Positions 26,666 to 32,000 of a stretch of 32,000 nucleotides of DNA are shown in pieces. Position 1 is the stretch's first letter. Every line of letters starts with the position of its first letter. Where the stretch lies: assembly GCA_023898645.1 (NCBI GenBank), contig CP060232.1, positions 510,001 to 542,000 of the forward strand, given 5' to 3'. Below the pieces are notes generated by a model that did not search any database, was not told the DNA's origin, and worked only from the letters and a program-made list of their open reading frames with translations. The stretch is from Candidatus Saccharimonadota bacterium. GTDB lineage: Bacteria > Patescibacteriota > Saccharimonadia > Saccharimonadales > Saccharimonadaceae. The translations under genes and the position numbers were made by a program.

Positions 26666-26736
26666 ATCGGCTAAAGCCTCCTTCGTTTGCTCATTCTGGC
26701 AAAAGTAAACTTTTCCAGAATTTCACCGCACTGCGC
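26647..26736 (-). pseudogene. Decayed tRNA-Leu-like remnant
   Basis: Reverse strand: GCGCAGTGCGGTGAAATTCTGG...GGAGG-CTTTAGCCGATAGT-CCTCT-CATCCGT-ACCA. The 5' end resembles the tRNA-Leu(CAG) 5' end (GCGCAGATGTGGCGGAATTGG). The T stem GGAGG/CCTCT and the 3' end are retained. The T loop is expanded to 14 nt, the acceptor no longer pairs, and a 29-nt hairpin (26693-26721) replaces the D/anticodon region. Confidence 0.45.
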
Positions 26737-26740
26737 GACC

Positions 26741-26776
26741 CTCCACTTCAAATTTTGCATGCAAAATTTCGTGGAG
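26741..26776. repeat. 36-nt imperfect palindrome with a perfect 20-bp core, AAATTTTGCATGCAAAATTT
   Basis: CTCCAC-TTC-AAATTTTGCATGCAAAATTT-C-GTGGAG. The core (26750-26769) is its own reverse complement. The outer arms CTCCAC/GTGGAG match the T-stem sequence of the adjacent tRNA-Leu. Confidence 0.9.
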
Positions 26777-26797
26777 ATTCAAGTCCGACGGCGACCA
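26770..26797 (+). other. Inverted copy of the tRNA-Leu(CAG) T-arm, followed by an acceptor-like tail ending in ACCA
   Basis: CGTGGAGATTCAAGTCC (26770-26786) matches the reverse complement of 26846-26862 (CGTGGAGGTTCAAGTCC) at 16 of 17 positions. It is followed by GACGGCGACCA. It does not fold as a tRNA. Confidence 0.6.
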
Positions 26798-26800
26798 AAT

Positions 26801-26823
26801 AAAAAACCGACACGAAGGTCGAT
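26801..26823 (-). terminator. Weak candidate terminator for tRNA-Leu(CAG)
   Basis: On the minus strand, CGAC-CTTCGT-GTCG is followed by GTTTTTTATTT. The stem is only 4-6 bp, so this call is weak. Confidence 0.3.
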
Positions 26824-26831
26824 TCTTTATT

Positions 26832-26918
26832 TGGTACAGATGAGAGGACTTGAACCTCCACGCCCTTGCGGGCACTAGCACCTGAAGCTAGCGCGTCTAC
26901 CAATTCCGCCACATCTGC
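26832..26918 (-). tRNA. tRNA-Leu, anticodon CAG, class II with long variable arm, CCA encoded
   Basis: The reverse complement folds as follows. Acceptor GCAGATG/CATCTGT. D arm GCGG-AATTGGTAG-ACGC. Anticodon arm CTAGC-TTCAGGT-GCTAG. Variable arm TGCCCGCAAGGGCGT. T arm GGAGG-TTCAAGT-CCTCT. Ends in ACCA. Confidence 0.92.
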
Positions 26919-26922
26919 GCAT

Positions 26923-27318
26923 TGTAAAAGTTATGTACGGGTCGTAGTTTATCGTCTTTACGGACCTTACGCGCTACGCGTCTACGCATATTTGCATTCA
27001 CGCAGACTGCCAATTGCGAACTGTAAAAGTTATGTACGGGTCGTAGTTTATCGTCTTTACGGACCTTACGCGCTACGCGTCTACGCATATTTGCATTCAC
27101 GCAGACTGCCAATTGCGAACTGTAAAAGTTATGTACGGGTCGTAGTTTATCGTCTTTACGGACCTTACGCGCTACGCGTCTACGCATATTTGCGTTCACG
27201 CAGACCGCCAACTGCGCATTGTAAAAATTATGTACGGGTCATAGTTTATCGTCTTTACGGACTTTGACGTGCTCGCATCTACACATGATGTACGTTTCAC
27301 ACAGCCCCCCAAGCGAAC
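26923..27318. repeat. Tandem repeat, 99-bp unit x 4, starting 4 nt from the tRNA-Leu(CAG) 5' end
   Basis: Units start at 26923, 27022, 27121 and 27220 (TGTAAAAGTTATGTACGGGTCG...). By my reading, copies 1 and 2 are identical over 99 of 99 nt and copy 3 differs at 5 positions clustered in its last 25 nt. Copy 4 (27220-27318) is clearly diverged but alignable throughout. Confidence 0.95.
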
Positions 27319-27370
27319 GTCATTTACAGCATCGAAAATTATAACCCATTACAAACCCAGTCGCAACGAC

Positions 27371-28180
27371 TTACCGGGAAGGTGTGCCCAATATACTCAC
27401 GACAAGTGCGGCTACGATAACGAGTGTAGATAGTGCTAGCAGAAGGATGAATGGTAGTGCGAGTGTTAGCCAAGAAAGCCAGTGCGCTTGAGGTTTTTTG
27501 TTACCAACGCTTTCGAATTGTTTGTAGAGTGTCGCGTTTACCCCGGTTGAGACGATTGAAGAAACTACGCCGAGCGTGAGTATATTAAGTAAAGCATTCG
27601 AGGCGTAGGTAGTTATCCATCCGTTTTTTGTCATACGAATGCTTTCTTTGATGGCAGCATTGCCGCGCAGATTTTTCTTTTCATCATAAAACGCTACCCC
27701 GGCTAGACTATATCGAATAGACATAATGATGCCAGGTACGATAAAAAGGAGTGTCCACAGAAGTAGCTTGGTAAAGATAATAACTTGTAGCCATAGATAC
27801 GGCCAAAGGTTCTCGAACGCATTACGAAAAGCTACCTGTAGGCTTACTTTGTGACCTCGGGCTAGTTGGGCCGACGTGTACGAAGCAACCCCATTAAAAA
27901 GAGCGGAGACCATGACCACGGCCAGCCCAATTATGGCGAAGCTTTCAATTGTGAATATCCATTCGTTAATTGACCAAGCGCGAATTGTAGAAGAAACAGC
28001 ATCAAATGAATATTTAGTAGGATCCGGAGAGATACTATTTGTAAACAAGTTGAGTGTCGACAGGATGATAAAAAGTATGAAAATAGGCTGGGCTCTGTTA
28101 GCGAGCAAGCTAATACCGTTACTCGCTATAAAAAACGGGTTATTTTCGAACTGATTATGTGGTTTAGATTTATTTGCCAT
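27371..28180 (-). CDS. Hypothetical multi-pass membrane protein
   Basis: 269-aa ORF with about 6 hydrophobic helices (PIFILFIILSTLNLF, IFTIESFAIIGLAVVMVSALF, LWLQVIIFTKLLLWTLLFIVPGIIM, LLNILTLGVVSSIV, LSWLTLALPFILLLALSTLVIVAALVVSIL). I recognise no catalytic motif. Confidence 0.6.
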   Translation of the reverse strand: MANKSKPHNQFENNPFFIASNGISLLANRAQPIFILFIILSTLNLFTNSISPDPTKYSFDAVSSTIRAWSINEWIFTIESFAIIGLAVVMVSALFNGVASYTSAQLARGHKVSLQVAFRNAFENLWPYLWLQVIIFTKLLLWTLLFIVPGIIMSIRYSLAGVAFYDEKKNLRGNAAIKESIRMTKNGWITTYASNALLNILTLGVVSSIVSTGVNATLYKQFESVGNKKPQAHWLSWLTLALPFILLLALSTLVIVAALVVSILGTPSR

Positions 28181-28323
28181 ATATAGGTATGTTCATACAT
28201 AAGTATAGCAACAAGCTTGAGCCTAGTATAGTGCGCGCGTATATCAGAAACACGGTGATTGCTAATTGCAGAGGTTGTCCTTGTGGCTGACAGTACGATG
28301 ATTTTGCTCGGTGTAGCCGCCAC

Positions 28324-28332
28324 TGCTAGACT
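28324..28332 (+). promoter_or_regulatory. Extended -10 promoter (TGCTAGACT) of the SpoU/TrmH gene, implying a leaderless mRNA
   Basis: TGcTAGACT is followed by 6 nt (GTATGT) and then the ATG at 28339. No SD. Confidence 0.4.
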
Positions 28333-28338
28333 GTATGT

Positions 28339-28878
28339 ATGGATGATAAGATTACAGCAGACAATGATCACCGTAATGTCGTTGATGAATTTCGTGGCAT
28401 GAGTGTTGAAAAAATCAAAGACGAACTAAATTCGAGAAGAAATCGGCTTCATATTGCTGTAGAAAATCTTGAACGTGATTTTAACGCTGGTACGATCGTA
28501 AGAAACGCCAACGCTTTTAACGTTGAGGCAGTGCATATAGTCGGACGTCGGCAATGGAATAAGCGAGGAGCGATGGCGACAGATCTGTACATGAATGTTT
28601 ATTACCACCCGACAATTGCCGATTTTATAGAGGCGACCAAAGGCCGGAGTGTGATAGGTGTCGATAATATAAACGGCAGCGTTCCGCTGCATGGATTTGC
28701 CCTACCTGAAAACTCAGTATTAGTTTTTGGTAGCGAAGGACCTGGCCTGAGCGATGAGATGGCGCGTAAATGCGAGGCAATTGTTGCGATTGAGCAATTT
28801 GGTAGCACGCGATCTGTTAACGTCGGTGTTGCGTCTGGCATTGCTATGTATAACTGGCTACAACAACACGTATTGTAA
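28339..28878 (+). CDS. SpoU/TrmH family RNA 2'-O-methyltransferase (SPOUT superfamily)
   Basis: 179 aa with SPOUT motifs NAGTIVRNANAF (motif 1), LVFGSEGPGLS (motif 2) and IEQFGSTRSVNVGVASGIAMYNW (motif 3). Confidence 0.85.
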   Translation: MDDKITADNDHRNVVDEFRGMSVEKIKDELNSRRNRLHIAVENLERDFNAGTIVRNANAFNVEAVHIVGRRQWNKRGAMATDLYMNVYYHPTIADFIEATKGRSVIGVDNINGSVPLHGFALPENSVLVFGSEGPGLSDEMARKCEAIVAIEQFGSTRSVNVGVASGIAMYNWLQQHVL

Positions 28879-28944
28879 ATATTTTTACATCATAGACTGG
28901 CACTCTCCTGAGAAGATAGATAGTAGGTAATGGAGGGAAAAATT

Positions 28945-29706
28945 ATGCCAAGTCTAAAAGGGGTGGTGAGAAACATTAATACCACGCGCCCACATAGTAT
29001 GGCACTAATGGCAGGCTGCACCTTGGTGGTGGCAGCCGTGCTTGTGGTGACATCTGTCGTGCAAGCGTATGACAATCAAGCTGCGTACGGTGGATATTAT
29101 GGATTAAATGACGGGAGCTCTCTCGACAATGGATATGGTAGTGGGGGTAATGCACCGTACTCGGATGGGGGCTACGGTGGCTATCCAGTCGGAAGCGGGT
29201 ATCTTGCTGGAATAGGCGCGGGTAGTAGCACCACCCCATATGATAGCGGAGGGTATCCTGTCGGTACCGCCGGAAATAATGGCTATACACCCGTCGATAC
29301 TGGTAGCTATCCGGCCGGAGCCGATGGGAGTAATGACGGTAACGTGCCTATAGACAATGGAAATGCGCAAGATAATGGTGCGCCAGTCGATAATGGTGGC
29401 GTGCCGGACAATAGTATACCTGTTGATAACGAGACAAATAACACTACCGCGTCACCATCACCAGAAGCAAGCCCGTCGCCTCAACCAGTTGCGACTGCTA
29501 ACGCTACTGCAAAAATTATTATCAATAAAGTGGCGCCAAGCTCTGTCGCACGTGCTACATCTACTTCAGTACCGACCGAGCTTCCTGTTACTGGTCTTAG
29601 CGGAGGAACGATAGCGAGCGGTATAGGTTTAGCTGGAGTCACTGCTGCGATGGCATACTACCTAAATTCGCGACGTGAACTACACCGTGTGATTTCAAGA
29701 CGCTAG
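28945..29706 (+). CDS. LPXTG-anchored cell-surface protein, low complexity (G/Y/D/N/P-rich)
   Basis: Signal peptide (LMAGCTLVVAAVLVVTSVVQA/YD). Repetitive GGYPVG and (V/I)P(V/I)DNG motifs and a P/S/A linker. C-terminal sorting signal LPVTG, then a hydrophobic helix (GTIASGIGLAGVTAAMAYYL), then a basic tail (NSRRELHRVISRR). I prefer the ATG at 28945, with GGAGG 8 nt upstream; the track start at 28930 includes the SD. Confidence 0.8.
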   Translation: MPSLKGVVRNINTTRPHSMALMAGCTLVVAAVLVVTSVVQAYDNQAAYGGYYGLNDGSSLDNGYGSGGNAPYSDGGYGGYPVGSGYLAGIGAGSSTTPYDSGGYPVGTAGNNGYTPVDTGSYPAGADGSNDGNVPIDNGNAQDNGAPVDNGGVPDNSIPVDNETNNTTASPSPEASPSPQPVATANATAKIIINKVAPSSVARATSTSVPTELPVTGLSGGTIASGIGLAGVTAAMAYYLNSRRELHRVISRR

Positions 29707-29723
29707 GATTACTCGAATATCCT

Positions 29724-29732
29724 TGGTATAAT
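29724..29732 (+). promoter_or_regulatory. Extended -10 promoter (TGGTATAAT) of hisS
   Basis: TGgTATAAT lies 10 nt upstream of the ATG at 29743. That leaves a leader of at most a few nt, with no SD and no room for a T-box. Confidence 0.5.
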
Positions 29733-29742
29733 AACAGGGATT

Positions 29743-31080
29743 ATGAGCACACTTTCATCGCTGCCGTATAAAGGCACACGTGATTATTACCCGGAAGACA
29801 AGCGGGTTCAGAACTACATATTTGCTACATGGCGTAAAGTCGTAGAGCGACACGGGTACCAGGAATACGGTGCGCCACTTATTGAACCGCTAGAAGTCTA
29901 CACTGCTAAGTCAGGAGATGAGTTAGCCAATGAGCAGACGTATAGCTTTACCGACAGAGGCGATCGAGTTGTTGCAATCCGACCAGAAATGACACCAAGC
30001 ATCAGCCGTATGGTTGCCGCTAGGCGGCAAGAAATGGCATATCCAGCTCGTTTGTATAGCATAGCTAATTTTATGCGTTATGAGCGTCCACAGCGTGGTC
30101 GTGACCGAGAATTTTGGCAGCTCAATGCTGATTTGTTTGGTGTTGAGGGTTCGCTTGCCGATGCTGAAATTATCGAACTGGCACACGAGATCATGCAAGA
30201 GTTTGGCGCTAAAGGCGACATGTATGTCATCCGGGTAAACAATCGTGACCTTATCGACCACATGATGTCTAGTTATCTTGGCCTTGATGCCGTTGGCTCG
30301 CAACTCATGATTAAATTATTTGATCGCAAGGAAAAGATCTCTAATGACGATTTTGCTCAGCAGGCAGCCGAAATTTTTGGCAACGAGCAAGTCGAGGAAG
30401 GTCTCGCAAAGTTACGGCAACTTGTTTCAGCTACGTCCATCGAAGACCTGCCGTCTGAATTGCACGAGACAGAATATGTCAAAGAGCTCGAAGACTTATT
30501 CGAACAGTTACAAAGTGCTGGCGTTAAGAATGTTAAATTCGACATCACACTTATGCGTGGACTAGATTATTACACCGGCATGGTGTTTGAGGTCTTTGAT
30601 CTACATCCGGACAATAATCGTTCGTTGTTTGGTGGAGGCCGTTATGACGGTCTAGTTGGCTTGTTTGGTGCAGAACCTATACCGACTGTCGGCTTTGCTC
30701 CTGGTCTGACGACGACAGAACTATTCCTGAGGTCACATGAACTTCTTCCTGTACTTGCTCCGACAACTGAAATAAATATCCTTGTTGTAGACGATAGTAT
30801 GTCTGCTGCGCTGGAAGCGGCTCGTAAATTGCGAGAAGAAGGCGTTAAGGTAGAAGTCGACATTAGTGGGCGTAAATTAGATAAGCAAATAAAGTCAGCG
30901 CTCAAAAAAGAAGTTCCTTACTTGATGTTTGTTGGATCTAACGAAGTCCGAGAAGGTATATATACGCTGAAAGATACTGCCACGACAACCGAAGAAAAAA
31001 TGAGCTTAGAACGAATTATTGGCAAGGTGAAAGATCATAGGCGCAATGGCGTAGATAGTGACGAACTGCCAAATATTTAA
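29743..31080 (+). CDS. hisS: Histidine--tRNA ligase
   Basis: 445 aa, class II aaRS. Motif 2 region FMRYERPQRGRDREFWQLN, HisRS-specific GGGRYDGL, and a C-terminal anticodon-binding domain. Confidence 0.95.
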   Translation: MSTLSSLPYKGTRDYYPEDKRVQNYIFATWRKVVERHGYQEYGAPLIEPLEVYTAKSGDELANEQTYSFTDRGDRVVAIRPEMTPSISRMVAARRQEMAYPARLYSIANFMRYERPQRGRDREFWQLNADLFGVEGSLADAEIIELAHEIMQEFGAKGDMYVIRVNNRDLIDHMMSSYLGLDAVGSQLMIKLFDRKEKISNDDFAQQAAEIFGNEQVEEGLAKLRQLVSATSIEDLPSELHETEYVKELEDLFEQLQSAGVKNVKFDITLMRGLDYYTGMVFEVFDLHPDNNRSLFGGGRYDGLVGLFGAEPIPTVGFAPGLTTTELFLRSHELLPVLAPTTEINILVVDDSMSAALEAARKLREEGVKVEVDISGRKLDKQIKSALKKEVPYLMFVGSNEVREGIYTLKDTATTTEEKMSLERIIGKVKDHRRNGVDSDELPNI

Positions 31081-31153
31081 CAGACTTATACAGCCAAATT
31101 TCATATCATAATAATTGTCCAATGAGTTCCAATTCCAAAGGAGGTCTCAGGAT

Positions 31154-31414
31154 GTGCTGAGGATAAATGCGACAAAAGTCGCAACTCTCGGTGTTCTCGG
31201 AGCCGTCCTGTTTACAGGTGGATCCATGGTTGCTGTTGCTACGGCGCCAGCAGCGAAGGCAGATTATTGTTCCAGTGGATGGGTGCCGACGACTACATGG
31301 TCGACATGCGACTATCCGATTGAACCTGATGGTAGTCACATACATTGCGACGCCGTGTTTGTATTTGGGTTCGGTGGTAGAAATTGCTATCGGGTATATC
31401 CGCCACCACCGTAG
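31154..31414 (+). CDS. Small secreted cysteine-containing peptide with a PPPP C-terminus (paralog 1)
   Basis: AAGGAGG (31138-31144) lies 9 nt before the GTG at 31154, in the same frame as track ORF 31115..31414. Signal peptide (M)LRINATKVATLGVLGAVLFTGGSMVAVATAPAAKA/DY. The predicted mature peptide is 50 aa with 4 Cys and ends in YPPPP. Confidence 0.6.
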   Translation: MLRINATKVATLGVLGAVLFTGGSMVAVATAPAAKADYCSSGWVPTTTWSTCDYPIEPDGSHIHCDAVFVFGFGGRNCYRVYPPPP

Positions 31415-31439
31415 CAGAAGGTCGTCTGTTCTGAGAGCA

Positions 31440-31487
31440 GCTCCGCGTTTACTTTCACCTGGAAGTGGGCGCGGAGCATTTCGTTTG
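31440..31487 (+). terminator. Weak candidate terminator after paralog 1
   Basis: GCTCCGCG (31440-31447) pairs with CGCGGAGC (31470-31477) around a 22-nt loop, followed by ATTTCGTTTG. Confidence 0.3.
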
Positions 31488-31580
31488 CAGCGACAGTGCT
31501 AGATATTTTACAGACCTGCATGACAGGACCGATTATCATAAAAATACCCAGAGGTACCATTCCAAAGGAGGTCCGAGGAA

Positions 31581-31916
31581 ATGTATAAGAAGTTTGCGGT
31601 AAAAGCTGCAACTCTGGGTGTTCTTGGAGCAGGTTTGCTTCTTGGCGGTACCGTCGTCACGGGAGCGTCGGCTCCCGAGGCGCATGCTAACGGATGCTTC
31701 GGATGGAATGGAATTTTCATTCATGCGCAGTGGTGTGGTGGCGGTCCATGGGGCGGATACCCTGGAATTGGGTATCCGGGAGGATGTGGTGGTTTCGGTG
31801 GGTGCTATCCGAATGTCGGATATCCACCACCTCCATTATTTCCCCCGCCACCTCCGCCACCACCACCGCCACCTCCTATTTGGGGACCTCCGGGTCCCGG
31901 TCCGTGTGGGTGCTAG
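31581..31916 (+). CDS. Small secreted Gly/Cys-rich peptide with a polyproline tail (paralog 2)
   Basis: AAGGAGG lies upstream of the ATG at 31581. Signal peptide MYKKFAVKAATLGVLGAGLLLGGTVVTGASAPEAHA/NG. The mature part has 6 Cys, GGxG/GYPG repeats, and the tail PPPPLF-P12-IWGPPGPGPCGC. Confidence 0.65.
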   Translation: MYKKFAVKAATLGVLGAGLLLGGTVVTGASAPEAHANGCFGWNGIFIHAQWCGGGPWGGYPGIGYPGGCGGFGGCYPNVGYPPPPLFPPPPPPPPPPPPIWGPPGPGPCGC

Positions 31917-31932
31917 CCGTCCAAGAACACAC

Positions 31933-31977
31933 TCCGTGTCCCCGCCGCACTTAAAGGCGGGGCACGGAGATTTTTTT
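31933..31977 (+). terminator. Strong rho-independent terminator after paralog 2
   Basis: CTCCGTGTCCCCGCC-GCACTTAAA-GGCGGGGCACGGAG (14-bp GC-rich stem with one bulge), followed by ATTTTTTT. Confidence 0.85.
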
Positions 31978-32000
31978 GCGAATCATCGCCACCTCTGTTA

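Noticed and set aside
26725-26797. Functional plus-strand tRNA or tmRNA-like gene ending in GACGGCGACCA
   Set aside because: I could find no 5' segment complementary to the acceptor-like 3' end. The T-stem does not pair (GGAGA versus CCGAC), and no tmRNA 5' signature or tag reading frame is evident. I treat it as a fragment.
26866-27267. 133-aa plus-strand ORF (and the 104-aa minus-strand ORF 26897..27211) with internally repeated sequence, CKSYVRVVVYRLYGPYALRVYAYLHSRRLPIAN x3
   Set aside because: These are artefacts of the 99-bp tandem repeat. Because 99 is a multiple of 3, any open frame is propagated. The plus-strand ORF starts antisense inside the tRNA-Leu gene, there is no SD, both strands are open, and the composition (R/Y/V-rich) is unlike the real proteins here.
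26923-27318. Possible CRISPR array
   Set aside because: The units are directly abutting 99-bp copies with no unique spacers. The unit length and structure do not fit CRISPR repeats, and there are no cas genes in the window.
28181-28338. 158-bp divergent intergenic region, and the 81-aa ORF 28126..28371 (-), as a possible ncRNA or small protein
   Set aside because: I found only a 5-bp hairpin and a candidate -10. The ORF overlaps two real gene starts and has no SD. There is not enough evidence to call anything beyond the trmH-like promoter.
31167-31502. Alternative-frame ORFs over the small-peptide locus (31167..31502 +, 31106..31345 -, 31387..31611 -, 31508..31724 -, 31694..31954 +)
   Set aside because: None has an SD or a signal peptide. 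The frames I called are the ones preceded by AAGGAGG and that encode paralogous signal peptides. GC-rich, proline-codon-rich sequence keeps the other frames open by chance.

Overview
Gene-dense, mostly housekeeping window from a small-genome bacterium with Gram-positive-type features: class A PBP, an LPXTG-anchored protein, clpC-radA-PIN/TRAM synteny, and many extended -10 (TGnTAnnnT) promoters. The gene set and tight packing suggest Patescibacteria/CPR, possibly Saccharibacteria, but that is inference only. I support 24 protein-coding genes. They include pepN, nusA, an ABC-2 exporter pair, clpC, radA, a yacL-like PIN/TRAM gene, a PBP1A-type gene, tyrS, recG, rsmD, hisS, a SpoU/TrmH methyltransferase, a FAD-linked oxidase, a CNNM/CBS transporter, a HIT hydrolase and a secreted DUF1524/HNH nuclease. 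There are also two tRNA-Leu genes (UAG and CAG anticodons) and a few hairpin terminators. One long GTG-start ORF (1..1519, minus strand, running off the window) is missing from the supplied track. The most unusual locus is around tRNA-Leu(CAG), 26.64-27.32 kb. Four tandem 99-bp units abut the tRNA 5' end, and each unit carries a mimic of the tRNA 5' half. Downstream lie a 19-nt duplicate of the tRNA 3' end, a decayed tRNA-like remnant, an inverted T-arm copy and a 36-nt palindromic hairpin. Other points worth following up: (1) a near-consensus CIRCE (HrcA) operator overlapping the clpC promoter; (2) a 20-bp divergent intergenic region with a palindromic -10 placed 6 nt from both start codons, plus several other apparently leaderless genes; (3) two paralogous cassettes for small secreted Cys-rich peptides with proline-rich tails, one with a 12-proline run; (4) a TyrRS with a degenerate HIGH motif. 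I see no CRISPR array, transposase, integrase or recognisable defence system.
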